This document shows, one piece after another, positions 9,588 to 20,864 of a stretch of 64,000 nt of DNA. Source of the DNA: an uncultured Chloroflexia bacterium (lineage in GTDB: Bacteria; Chloroflexota; Limnocylindria; Limnocylindrales; CSP1-4). Within the stretch, counting starts at the first letter, position 1. Each line of letters opens with the position of its first letter. The position numbers were made by a program, and so were the translations under genes. The DNA lies in NCBI GenBank assembly GCA_963707215.1, contig CAVPPB010000001.1:256001-320000 (forward strand). Reading direction: 5' to 3'. A model generated the notes under the pieces. That model was not told where the DNA came from. It saw only the letters and a program-made list of their open reading frames with translations, and did not search any database.

Positions 9588-11018
9588 GTGACCCAGCTCC
9601 AGGGTCGGCGTCCCGGTGACCGTCGCATCCGCATCGAGCGGGCCCGTCCGCAGGAGCACGTCGTCGCCGCGCCCAGGCGGGTCCGGCCGCCGCCACCTCC
9701 CGGCCTGATCCTCGTCGCCGGGTTCGCGATCGCGGTCGCGATCGGGACGATCCTCCTCTTGCCGCCGTACGCGTCGGCCTCGGGGGCGTGGACCGATCCG
9801 CTCACGGCCCTCTTCACGGCCACCTCCGCCGTCTGCGTGACCGGGCTCGTGGTCGTCGACACGGCCACCCATTGGAGCGCGCTCGGCCAGCTGATCATCC
9901 TGGTCCTCATCCAGGCCGGAGGCTTCGGGATCATGACCAGCTCGACGCTGCTGCTCTTCCTGCTGGTCCGGGGCCGGACCCGGCTCCGTGACCGGGTCCT
10001 GGTCCAGGAGTCGACCGGCACGCCACAGCTCGGCGACGTGGTCGCCGTCATCCGCAAGGTCGCCATCTTCACCCTCATCGCCGAGCTGGCGGGGGCGGCG
10101 ATCCTGGCCGCCTCGTTCTTCGTCGGAGATGACACGAGCGGCCCGCTCGAAGCGACCTGGTGGGGCGTCTTCCATTCGATCTCGGCCTTCAACAACGCCG
10201 GGTTCGACCTCACCGGCGGGTTCCGTAGCCTGGCCCCGTTCGCCGACGACTGGGTCGTCCTGGGAGCCATCGGCTTCCTCATCGTCATCGGGGGCCTGGG
10301 CTTCGCCATCGTCGACGACGTCGTCTCGAAGCGCCGCTGGGACCGCCTCGGTCTCGAGGCGAAGGTCGTCCTCCTCACCAGCGCGCTGCTGCTCGTCGGC
10401 GGGGCGGTCGTGATCGCCGTCCTCGAGTGGGACAACCCGGCGACCCTCGGAGCCCAGGCCGAGCCGCAGCGGCTCCTCAACGCCACCTTCGAATCGATCT
10501 CCCTGCGGACCGCCGGCTTCAGCTCGATGAACGTGACCGCCTACGTGGACGGCACGCTCTTCATCGTGATGGCCCTCATGTTCATCGGCGGCGCGTCCGG
10601 CTCCACGGCCGGGGGCATCAAGGTGAGCACCTTCAGCACCCTGTTCATCGCCATCGCCTCGACCGCCCGTGGCCGAACGTCGGCCGAGGCCTTCGGTCGA
10701 CGCATCAGCCAAACGGTCGTCTACCGCGCGCTCACGGTGGCCCTGCTCGCGGTCGCCTTCGTCTTCGTCGTCGGCCTCGTCCTGACGATCACGAGCGACC
10801 TGCGCTTCGTCGAGGTCCTCTTCGAGGCCGTCTCGGCGTTCGGCACGAACGGGACCACGACCGGCATCACCCGCCAGCTCGGCGAAGGAAGTCAGCTGGT
10901 CGTCATCGTGACCATGTTCATCGGCCGGCTGGGCCCCCTCACCCTGGTCCTGATCCTGGCCAGCCGGGCACGGCCATCCCGCTATCGCCCGGCCGTCGAG
11001 TCGATGCGGATCGGCTGA
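9588..11018 (+). CDS. ktrB: Trk/Ktr potassium uptake membrane subunit
   Basis: FTATSAVCVTGL, SAFNNAGF, RTAGF, GSTAGGIK, MFIGRLGPLT. Confidence 0.93.
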   Translation: MTQLQGRRPGDRRIRIERARPQEHVVAAPRRVRPPPPPGLILVAGFAIAVAIGTILLLPPYASASGAWTDPLTALFTATSAVCVTGLVVVDTATHWSALGQLIILVLIQAGGFGIMTSSTLLLFLLVRGRTRLRDRVLVQESTGTPQLGDVVAVIRKVAIFTLIAELAGAAILAASFFVGDDTSGPLEATWWGVFHSISAFNNAGFDLTGGFRSLAPFADDWVVLGAIGFLIVIGGLGFAIVDDVVSKRRWDRLGLEAKVVLLTSALLLVGGAVVIAVLEWDNPATLGAQAEPQRLLNATFESISLRTAGFSSMNVTAYVDGTLFIVMALMFIGGASGSTAGGIKVSTFSTLFIAIASTARGRTSAEAFGRRISQTVVYRALTVALLAVAFVFVVGLVLTITSDLRFVEVLFEAVSAFGTNGTTTGITRQLGEGSQLVVIVTMFIGRLGPLTLVLILASRARPSRYRPAVESMRIG

Positions 11019-11057
11019 GACCCATGAACGACCCGACCCCCGCACCCAGGAGGCGTC

Positions 11058-11705
11058 ATGAAGCTCCAGGTCATCGTCATCGGACTCGGCCGCTTCGGCT
11101 CCGCGGCCGCCCGCGAGCTCCATCGGCTGGGTCACGAGGTCCTCGCGATCGACCGCGACGAGGCGACCGTCAACGACATCGCCCGCGACGTCACCCACGC
11201 CGTCCAGCTCGATGCCAGCGACGAGGACGCCCTGGCGGCCGTGGGCGCCAAGGACTTCGGAGCGGCGATCGTGGCGATCGCGTCCTCGGCCGAGGCCAGC
11301 ATCTTCGCGACCATGGCCCTCAAGAAGCTGGGGGTCCCGATCGTCGTGGCCAAGGCCGCCACGAACCTCCACGGCTCGATCCTCGAGCGGGTCGGGGCGG
11401 ACAGGGTCGTCTATCCGGAGCAGGAGACGGGGGCACGGGTCGCCCACTCGTTCGCCATCCCCAACATCGTCGACTACCTCGACATCGCGCCCCAGTTCGG
11501 GATCGAGCGGATCCGGCCGCCGAAGAGCTTCATCGGCAGGAGCCTCCGCGAGATCGACCTCCAGGGCCGCCTCAAGCTGACCCCGATCGCTCTCCGCCGT
11601 GGCAACAACGTCATCGTCAACCCGCACCGCGACGAGCGGATCGGCGTAGGCGACGAGCTCGTCCTCATCGGCCGCGACGACCACCTGGAGCAGCTCGTCG
11701 AGTAG
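11058..11705 (+). CDS. ktrA: Trk/Ktr RCK regulatory subunit
   Basis: VIGLGRFG Rossmann motif, GADRVVYPE, TrkA-C domain. Confidence 0.93.
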   Translation: MKLQVIVIGLGRFGSAAARELHRLGHEVLAIDRDEATVNDIARDVTHAVQLDASDEDALAAVGAKDFGAAIVAIASSAEASIFATMALKKLGVPIVVAKAATNLHGSILERVGADRVVYPEQETGARVAHSFAIPNIVDYLDIAPQFGIERIRPPKSFIGRSLREIDLQGRLKLTPIALRRGNNVIVNPHRDERIGVGDELVLIGRDDHLEQLVE

Positions 11706-11777
11706 TGAGCCCGGGCACCGGCGCAACGATCTGCCGGGCAGCAGGCCCCTGGGCTTGGCCGGGCGCGCCCGGGCGGC

Positions 11778-11951
11778 CTAGGGCAGGCGCTCGACGACCA
11801 GCAGGAAGTCCACCCGCGGCGCCCACAGGACGTGGATGGTGACGTTCGGGACGATCGCGACCACCTCGCCCTTGAGGCCATTGAGGAAGCGTTCCAGGTT
11901 CGCCTGGTCCCGGGTCATCCGGATGTCGAAGCGGTGGACGCGGTAGCGCAT
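11778..11951 (-). CDS. Small protein (57 aa), absent from the ORF track
   Basis: GGAGGGAGGTG RBS; MRYRVHRFDIRMTRDQANLERFLNGLKGEVVAIVPNVTIHVLWAPRVDFLLVVERLP*; strong GC3 bias. Confidence 0.75.
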   Translation of the reverse strand: MRYRVHRFDIRMTRDQANLERFLNGLKGEVVAIVPNVTIHVLWAPRVDFLLVVERLP

Positions 11952-12196
11952 CAGGGCACCTCCCTCCGTAGAGGCTAGGCACGGCGCGCGCCGCGGACCA
12001 GAGCCGAAGGGACGAACGACCGCGCTCGCGCGACGGGTCGACGTCGAGGACGATCACCGACCGGTCCGGCGGGATCGGCTTCGCCGGTGTCGCGCTTCGG
12101 GTCTGTCCGGCCGTCGAACTCGGGCCGCCGCCGCCGCACGGATGGGGCATCTGGCGGCGGCGCGTCCGCCGACGCCGCCCGGGTGCCGGGAGGCTG

Positions 12197-13897
<1,701 letters not shown>

Positions 13898-13946
13898 CGG
13901 GTCACCTCCTGGTGGCGGGGCTGGGGATCGAGCTGGGGTCGATCGG

Positions 13947-15941
13947 TCATGGCTTGGCTCCGGTCGCGGATGGGGTCTGGACTGCCGGTCGGGCGCCTCG
14001 CCCTCGGGCGAGCAGGCGGACCTGGTCGCGCCGGCGGTCGAGCGAGCGGCGCTCGGAATCGATCTCGCGAGCGGCGCTCAGCAGCTCGCGGATGGCGGCG
14101 GTGTCGCCGCGGGCTTCGGCCTCGGCCTGGGCCGCGGAGTTGAAGGCGGCGCGCTCCTCGAGCCGCTCCGCCTCGAGGGTCAGCAGGCAGGATTCGACCG
14201 CGTAGTGCTGGCGATCGACCGTCAGGGCCGCAGGGTCGGGGCCCTGGCGGGCGTACAGCCCGATGGCCAGCGCGCGTGTCTCGTCGTCGAGGCTCTCGAG
14301 CAGCTTGGTCCGGTCGAACATGCCCGGCACGCCATGATCGTCGGGAGCCCGCATCAGGACGACAGCCCGGAGCAGCTCCCGCGCCAGCGTGGAGGGCAGC
14401 TGGTCCGGCGAGATGGAGTCGGCGACCTGGATCTGCAGCGACGGAACGAGGAGGACGAGGCGCAGGAGCTCGGCCTCGACCGGGCTGACGGCCCTGACGA
14501 CCTCCTCGGGACTGACCTGCTCGCGGGCCGCCCGGACCGCCTCGAGCGACAGGCGCGTCCCGACATGATCGCCCTCCCCTGCCCCGCCGGGCCGGGCCGC
14601 TCCCAGGGGCGACGGCTTGGCGTGGAGCACCTCCAGGAGGGTCCGCTCCTCGAGTCCGGAGCGGCGAGCCAGGATCTGGACGTACGAATCCCGGACGACC
14701 GGATCGGCGACGCGCCGGAGCGTCGGCATGACGCCGTCCACCAGGCGCTTGCGGCCCTCGGGCTTGCTGACGTCGACCCGCGCCGCGTGGTAGTCGATGA
14801 GGTAGGTCAGGATCGGGTCGGGGGCCTCGGTGGCGGTCCGCCAGGTCTCCGGTGTCTCGCGGATGACCTCGTCGGGATCCTTGCCCTCGGGGAGGCGGAC
14901 CACGCCGACGTCGGTCAGGCCCACGGAGCCGTCACCGGCCTGGACCTCGGAGATGAGCGCGTTGAGCTCGGTCACCCCGAACGTGCCGGCCGACTGGCCG
15001 GCCGGGTCCACGTCGTAGGCGAGGGCGATCCGCTTGGCGTAGCGGGTCAGCAGGGCGACCTGGCCGGGGGTCAGGGCGGTCCCCAGGGACGCGACGACGT
15101 TGGCGAAGCCGGCCTGGTGGGCCATCAGGGCGTCGGTGTACCCCTCGACGAGGACCGCCTGGCCGGACTTGCGCATGGCGCTCTTGGCCCGATCGACCAG
15201 GTAGAGGGTCCGGCTCTTGTCGAAGAGCGGCGTCGACGGTGAGTTGAGGTACTTGGGGCCCGGATCACGGCCTTCAGGCACGGCCGTCTCCAGGATCCGG
15301 CCGCCCATGCCGGTCGCGCCGCCGCTGGCATCGCGGATCGGGAAGATGAGGCGCGACCGGAAGCGGTCGTAGACGCCGCGACCGCTGCTTCGAGGCATCG
15401 CCAGACCCACCTCGACCAGCTCGGGGCCGGCGATCTGGCGACGAGACGCCAGCTGGCGGACGAGGTTGTCCCAGCCGCCGGGCGCCCAGCCGAGCTGGAA
15501 GCGCTCGATCGTCTCGTCGGTGAAGCCTCGACCCCTGAGGTAGTCCAGGGCGGGCTGGCCGGTCTTCGAGGCAGTCAGGACCGTGTGGTAGAAGGCGATC
15601 GCCGTCTCCATGACCTCGCGGAGGCGGGATCGGCGAGCGTCCTCCTGGCGGGTCCGCTCGTCAAGCTCGACACCGGCCCGTGCAGCCAGCTGGCGAAGCG
15701 CATCCGGGAACGACAGCCCGTCGCGCTCCATGACGAAGCTGAAGACGTCGCCGCCCTTGCCGCAGCCGAAGCATTTGTAGGTCTCGCGGCCGGGCGTGAC
15801 GATGAAGCTCGGCGTCTTCTCCGAGTGGAACGGACAGAGACCCTTGAAGGTGGTCCCCGCCTTCTTGAGCTGGACCGTCTCGCCGACGACGTCGACGATG
15901 CTGAGCCGGCTCTTGATCTCGGCAGTGACGCCGACCGTCAA
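13947..15941 (-). CDS. dnaG: DNA primase (TTG start)
   Basis: [15 protein letters not shown] zinc finger, KYLNSP, VEGYTD TOPRIM, KDPDE; directly upstream of rpoD. Confidence 0.97.
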   Translation of the reverse strand: MTVGVTAEIKSRLSIVDVVGETVQLKKAGTTFKGLCPFHSEKTPSFIVTPGRETYKCFGCGKGGDVFSFVMERDGLSFPDALRQLAARAGVELDERTRQEDARRSRLREVMETAIAFYHTVLTASKTGQPALDYLRGRGFTDETIERFQLGWAPGGWDNLVRQLASRRQIAGPELVEVGLAMPRSSGRGVYDRFRSRLIFPIRDASGGATGMGGRILETAVPEGRDPGPKYLNSPSTPLFDKSRTLYLVDRAKSAMRKSGQAVLVEGYTDALMAHQAGFANVVASLGTALTPGQVALLTRYAKRIALAYDVDPAGQSAGTFGVTELNALISEVQAGDGSVGLTDVGVVRLPEGKDPDEVIRETPETWRTATEAPDPILTYLIDYHAARVDVSKPEGRKRLVDGVMPTLRRVADPVVRDSYVQILARRSGLEERTLLEVLHAKPSPLGAARPGGAGEGDHVGTRLSLEAVRAAREQVSPEEVVRAVSPVEAELLRLVLLVPSLQIQVADSISPDQLPSTLARELLRAVVLMRAPDDHGVPGMFDRTKLLESLDDETRALAIGLYARQGPDPAALTVDRQHYAVESCLLTLEAERLEERAAFNSAAQAEAEARGDTAAIRELLSAAREIDSERRSLDRRRDQVRLLARGRGARPAVQTPSATGAKP

Positions 15942-16010
15942 CCGGACCTCCTGCGGGGCTCGTCTCGCGGCGAGTCTCTCGCTCGCCCGACCCTGGCGGA
16001 CATGACATCG

Positions 16011-16033
16011 GGCCTGTCAAGTCTTGACAGGCC
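16011..16033. promoter_or_regulatory. Perfect 11-1-11 palindrome containing TTGACA in both orientations
   Basis: GGCCTGTCAAG-T-CTTGACAGGCC in the dnaG leader. Confidence 0.7.
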
Positions 16034-16046
16034 TCCGCGGGTACCG

Positions 16047-16075
16047 ATTGTGGGCCTGGGACCCCTGGCTGTCAA
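16047..16075 (-). promoter_or_regulatory. Sigma70 promoter of dnaG-rpoD
   Basis: Minus strand TTGACA (16075-16070), 17-nt spacer, CACAAT (16052-16047). Confidence 0.7.
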
Positions 16076-16152
16076 GACCCTTGTCAATACTCCATGGGGG
16101 TATCTTGATTGGACCCGGCGCCGAGCGGATCTCGACGCGCTAGACTCCCGCC

Positions 16153-17070
16153 GTGACGACCGAGACCGGCCACCTCGCCGCGGCGGTCGAGCCCCGGCGG
16201 GGCTCGCGCTCACGCGCGCGCGACCTGCTTCGTCTCACCGGCCAGCTCGGACACGTGCTGACCCAGGCGATCGCCGACCGTCTGGACGATCGTCGCCTGG
16301 TCTCGAACGAGACCGTTCTGCTGGTCAGCGCGCTCGCCGCGCGTGGCCCGCTCCGGCCTCGCGATCTCCTGCCGGTGACGGGGGTGACGAGCGGCGGTAT
16401 GACGAGGCAGCTCGATCGCCTTGAGAGACTCGGGCTCATCGAGCGCTCGTTCGGAGCTGTTCCCGGCGACCGACGGGCCAGCCGTGTCGCCCTCACGGAT
16501 GCCGGTCGACGAGCGGCCGAGTCGATGGGGGCCGCCATCGATGACGAGACCGACCGTCTGCGGGACTTCGTGCACGAGGCGACGGATCTGCTCGGAGCGG
16601 AGACCACGAACGCGGCCCCGCTCGAGCCCTCGGTCGTCCGGCGTCCGCCGGGGCTGGCTGCGGCCTCGACGGACGGATCGATGCGGCTCCTGCTCCTCCT
16701 CGGGACGTTCGGGACCGAGGTCCGTCAGGCCGTGCTGCAGGCCGGCGCCGACGACGACCTCGTCCGCAACCTGCCGATGGTGGTGCTCTGCGAGCTCGAC
16801 GAGCGGGGGTCGGCTCGCCCGGCCGACCTGATGCGTGCCTCCGGTCTCTCGAGCGGGGGGATGACCAAGCTGCTCGATCGCCTCGAGGAGCGCGGCCTCG
16901 TCGCGCGGCAGCACGGCACGGTCGATCGGGACCGGCGAGCTACCGTCGTCTCGATCACCCCCGACGGGGTGGGCCTCGTCGATCGCTTCGCCGAGAGCCT
17001 CTCTGACCGACGGGCGATCCTGCTGGGACTGGTGCACGAGGTGCGATCGGACCTGGAAGTCGGGCCCTAG
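16153..17070 (+). CDS. Regulator with two tandem MarR wHTH domains
   Basis: Duplicated motif: 'TSGGMTRQLDRLERLGLIER...DRR' and 'SSGGMTKLLDRLEERGLVAR...DRR'. Confidence 0.85.
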   Translation: MTTETGHLAAAVEPRRGSRSRARDLLRLTGQLGHVLTQAIADRLDDRRLVSNETVLLVSALAARGPLRPRDLLPVTGVTSGGMTRQLDRLERLGLIERSFGAVPGDRRASRVALTDAGRRAAESMGAAIDDETDRLRDFVHEATDLLGAETTNAAPLEPSVVRRPPGLAAASTDGSMRLLLLLGTFGTEVRQAVLQAGADDDLVRNLPMVVLCELDERGSARPADLMRASGLSSGGMTKLLDRLEERGLVARQHGTVDRDRRATVVSITPDGVGLVDRFAESLSDRRAILLGLVHEVRSDLEVGP

Positions 17071-17121
17071 GCCAGGGCGAGCCCGGCGGCCGCAGGTCAG
17101 GGTGGCCGGGCGCCGAGCCGT

Positions 17122-17613
17122 CTACCAGGTGCGGATCCGGTCCGGGCGGATCCGGATCGGGACCGAGAAGTCGTCGGCGGTCGTGCGCTCGTCCATCTGC
17201 CAGTGGGCCAGGGGCTCGCGGTACTTGGCCCGGTAGGCCGGATGGACGTCGGAGCGGGCCTCGTCGGGGACCGCCCGGGCGGTCCCTTCGATGACCCCGA
17301 CCTGGTCGCCGTAGGCATCGCAGTTGAGGTGGAACGAGACCGCCCGGTTCAGGGCGATGTTGCGGACCTTGGGCGTGCCGGGCTTGCTGTAGAAGAGGAT
17401 CCCCTCGCCATCCCAGAGGAACGAGATGACGGCGGTCTGCGGACGTCCATCGGGAGCGACCGTGGTCAGCCAGCCGACGATGTCACGGGTGAGGTGCTCC
17501 CGGAGGTGCGCCGCGTCGTCGGCCAGCAGCGCGTCGCGGACCCGCTGGGGCAGGTCCTCGCTCGCCGTGAAGGCGTCCTCCGCGTCGGCCGCCGGGCGTT
17601 CGGTCGTGTCCAT
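17122..17613 (-). CDS. PPOX-class (split beta-barrel) F420-dependent oxidoreductase
   Basis: WLTTVAPDGRPQ...WDGEG...KVRNIALNRAVSFHL...IRPDRIRTW; start taken at ATG 17613. Confidence 0.85.
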   Translation of the reverse strand: MDTTERPAADAEDAFTASEDLPQRVRDALLADDAAHLREHLTRDIVGWLTTVAPDGRPQTAVISFLWDGEGILFYSKPGTPKVRNIALNRAVSFHLNCDAYGDQVGVIEGTARAVPDEARSDVHPAYRAKYREPLAHWQMDERTTADDFSVPIRIRPDRIRTW

Positions 17614-17690
17614 GGCTCCATGGTGGCGGGCGGCGGGCGAGCGGGTCCAGTGTCCGCGGTCACGAAGCCCCCGCATCGCGGGATCGCCGA

Positions 17691-17928
17691 TCAGCCGGGC
17701 GCCACCCCGACCTCGATCCGACCGTTCCAGAGCTGGTAGTGGGACCGGTAGGTGGTCGAACGCCTCGGCGACCACGGCGGCGGCAGCGGCGCGGTCGAGC
17801 CCCGAGAGGTCGACGCCCGCGACCCGGACGCCGGGCACAGCCCGCCCGTCGTACCGGTGGTCACAGACGAGGAGCGCGGCGTCACCGAGGTACAAGTGGT
17901 GACGCGGAACCGCCGTCCCGTGTGCCAT
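17691..17928 (-). pseudogene. Possible deletion remnant of a cell-envelope (VanW/peptidoglycan-binding-like) gene
   Basis: 'YDGRAVPGVRVAGVDLSGLDRAAAAAVVAEAF' abuts, out of frame, 'TTYRSHYQLWNGRIEVG*'. Family call from recall only. Confidence 0.35.
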
Positions 17929-18028
17929 CGCGCCGACGCCCGGAGCGATGGGACGCCACAGCGACCCGCCGGGAGACCGGCGGGTCGCTGTGGCGGCGGA
18001 TCAGGCTCGCTGCTGCGAGCCGGTCGGG

Positions 18029-19558
18029 CTACTCGCTGACGGGGGCGTGGTCGGGGTCGGGCGCCGGCTCGAGCGAGCCGGGCTTGAAGTTGCCCTTGCC
18101 CTTGACGCCATTGACGTCGGAGGTGTTCTGAGCGTACTGGAGCGTCGCGTAGGCGACGGCGTCCGAGTTCACCTCGAACGCAGAGAGGTTGATGTTGTCG
18201 TAGGTGTCGCAGGCCAGGTGGTAGCAGGGGTCGTACTGCTGGCCGGCGGTGCCGCCCCAGAGCGCGGCCTCCTCGGCCGTCTTGATCCCCTCGGCGCCGG
18301 TGAACAGGCCGCCCGCGGGGATGCCGGCCGCGATGAACGGGCCGTAGTCGGAGCGGCCGCTGAAATCGGTGCCCTTGAAGGGGATCCCGCGCTCGCCGTA
18401 GAAGCGCTCGAAGGTCTTCTCGATCTGAGCGGAGCCCTCGGGTCCCGCGCCAGCGCCGACGCCGTCGCTGTCGTCGCCGTCGTAGACGAAGAAGACGTGG
18501 TTCGGCGAGCCGATCATGTCGAAGTTGAGGTAGAGGGCGATCCGGTCGAGCTCATCCTGCGACAGCTCGTTGACGTAGTAGGTCGACCCCACGAGGCCCG
18601 ACTCCTCGGCGCCCCAGAGGGCGAACCGGACCTTGTTCCGGGGATTGACCTTGCCCATCTGCTGGGCGACCTCGAGGATCGCCGCCGAGCCCGAGCCATT
18701 GTCCTGGATGCCCGGTCCGGCATTCACGGAATCGAGGTGGGCGCCGACCACGACGACGTTGTCCGAATCACCGCCGGGCGTCTCGGCGAGGACGTTGGAG
18801 GTCGTGGCGATGCCGCGGAAGGTATCGGTCTTGAGGTGCATGACGAGGCCCGGCGTCGCCGCCAGCTGCTGGCCGACTGCCTGGGTCACCGAGGTGACCG
18901 GGATGTCGAGCGTGAAGGCGTTGCCCAGGGTGCCGTTCAGGACGCCGGCGGTGTTGTTGTAGATGACCACGCCCGTGGCGCCGGCGTTGTAGGCGTTCGT
19001 CGCCTTGATGGCGAAGGTGCAGGCGCCCCGGCTGATGAGGGCGATGTGCCCGGCCGGGAAGCCGGCGAAGTCGGCCGCGTTGCAGCCGGTGATGGCGTTC
19101 GTCGTGCTCACGGGCGACGTGACGTCACCGCTACCTGAGTACGACATGATGTTGTTCACGATCGGGCCTGCGGGCGGCGGCGCGACCTGCTCCAGGATCG
19201 ACGGGCTCAGCGAGATGAACGTCTGGAACTGGAACTCCTGCACCGTGACGTCGTAGCCGGCGGCCGCGAACACGTCCGCCGCGTAGTCGACCGAGGCGTC
19301 GTAGCCGGGAGTGCCGGACGTGCGGATCCCGTTGTTGGCGTCGGCGATCGCCTGGAGCGCCGCCTGGTGCTCCCGGACGCCGTCGACCGTCACGCACTCG
19401 AGGAGCTTCTTGTGGTTGTCGTTGGTCCGCGAGTCGCAGCTCACTTGCGACGGCGAGGCCGCCAGCACCGGGACTGCGATCACCGCGGGCGCGGCCATGA
19501 GCACGGCCATCAGGATGCCGATCCGGCCGATCCTCCGGCCGGTGGGACGACTGGACAT
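18029..19558 (-). CDS. Secreted M28 aminopeptidase with PA domain
   Basis: Signal peptide; RGACTF PA motif; GAHLDSV, PGIQDNGSG, WGAEESGLVGS, YLNFDMIGSPN, DPCYH. Confidence 0.93.
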   Translation of the reverse strand: MSSRPTGRRIGRIGILMAVLMAAPAVIAVPVLAASPSQVSCDSRTNDNHKKLLECVTVDGVREHQAALQAIADANNGIRTSGTPGYDASVDYAADVFAAAGYDVTVQEFQFQTFISLSPSILEQVAPPPAGPIVNNIMSYSGSGDVTSPVSTTNAITGCNAADFAGFPAGHIALISRGACTFAIKATNAYNAGATGVVIYNNTAGVLNGTLGNAFTLDIPVTSVTQAVGQQLAATPGLVMHLKTDTFRGIATTSNVLAETPGGDSDNVVVVGAHLDSVNAGPGIQDNGSGSAAILEVAQQMGKVNPRNKVRFALWGAEESGLVGSTYYVNELSQDELDRIALYLNFDMIGSPNHVFFVYDGDDSDGVGAGAGPEGSAQIEKTFERFYGERGIPFKGTDFSGRSDYGPFIAAGIPAGGLFTGAEGIKTAEEAALWGGTAGQQYDPCYHLACDTYDNINLSAFEVNSDAVAYATLQYAQNTSDVNGVKGKGNFKPGSLEPAPDPDHAPVSE

Positions 19559-19718
19559 CGAGCGTCTTCCTCCCTGCGCGTCCTGACATCACGCCGGCAA
19601 CGGACGCTGACCTGCCGGCACGGTCCCCGAGGCGCGAAGTATGGGCATCGGCACGGCGACCTGCTCGGCGCCCGGGCGACCCGCGCGGCGGGCGATCGGC
19701 GGGGGCTCGCGACCGGGC

Positions 19719-20864
19719 TCAGGCGACGTCGCGGCGGATGGTGAGCGCGGCCAGGCCGGCGAAGAGCGCCGCGATCCCGACCAGGACGACGAGATCGAGC
19801 TGGAGCGCGGGCGTGGCGAGGTCGGCGCCGGCCACGAAGACGCGTCGGAGGCCGTCCACGGCGTAGGTCATCGGCATGACCGCGGTGAAGGGTCGGAGGA
19901 TCTCGGGCAGCGTGCTGACCGGGAAGAGGACGCCCGAGAGCAGGAACTGGGGAACGATGATGAGGGGGATGAACTGGACGACCTGGAGCTCGGTCCGGGC
20001 GAACGTCGAGAGGAGGATCCCGAGGCTGACGGCGCCGGCGGCGGTGAGCAGGACGACGAGGTACGCGAGGAGCGGGCTCCCGGCCGTGGGGATCCCGAGG
20101 CCGACCGAGAATGCCGGCAGCGGCCCGAGCTCGGGCACCTGGAGGTCGCCGAGCGCCCAGAGCATCAGCACCGCGACCTGGATCGCAGCGAACAGACCGA
20201 ACCCGAGGGTGTAGCCCACGACGACTTCGGTCCGCCGGACGGGTGTGGCCATGAGCCGCTCCAGCGTCCCACCGGTGCGCTCCCGGAGGAAGCTGACGCC
20301 GGTCAGGATGTAGACGAAGAAGTAGGCGAAGAAGCCGACGATGGCCGGGGCGAAGGCCGCGATGGGGTCGTCGCTGGGGGCGCCGTAGAGCGTGTCGTGG
20401 ACGACCGTCGGCAGGGCCAGGCCAAGGGCTCCGGTGGCCGCCCCGACGACGGCCTGCCGGACGATCCCGACCTGGCTGGCCTCGGCCGTGGGCTCCAGGC
20501 CGTTGGTGATCACGACGATCGTCGCCGGAGTGCCGGTCCCTACCTCCGGGGGCAGGACGAGCGCGATCGACGCGCTGCCTTCCTCCAGCATCGCCCGGGC
20601 CGTCGCCTCGTCGGCGACCTCGGTCAGGGTCCCGCCGGTCGCCTCGAGCTCCGGCGCGATCGCGGCCACGATCCGGGAGCCGATGTTGCCCGCCTCGTTG
20701 ACGACGGCCGCGTCCACCTGTGGCGCCTCGCCCTCCCGGACGATGAAGGTGATGAGGCCGGTCATCAGCACCGGGGCGACGAACAGCAGGGCCAGCGACG
20801 GACGGTCGCGCCGGATCTCCTCGACCACCCGCCGGAACAGGGCCAGAGTGCGGCGCAGGTTCAT
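19719..20864 (-). CDS. ABC-2 type exporter permease
   Basis: FLRERTGGTLERLMATP, PQFLLSG; multiple TM segments. Confidence 0.9.
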   Translation of the reverse strand: MNLRRTLALFRRVVEEIRRDRPSLALLFVAPVLMTGLITFIVREGEAPQVDAAVVNEAGNIGSRIVAAIAPELEATGGTLTEVADEATARAMLEEGSASIALVLPPEVGTGTPATIVVITNGLEPTAEASQVGIVRQAVVGAATGALGLALPTVVHDTLYGAPSDDPIAAFAPAIVGFFAYFFVYILTGVSFLRERTGGTLERLMATPVRRTEVVVGYTLGFGLFAAIQVAVLMLWALGDLQVPELGPLPAFSVGLGIPTAGSPLLAYLVVLLTAAGAVSLGILLSTFARTELQVVQFIPLIIVPQFLLSGVLFPVSTLPEILRPFTAVMPMTYAVDGLRRVFVAGADLATPALQLDLVVLVGIAALFAGLAALTIRRDVA

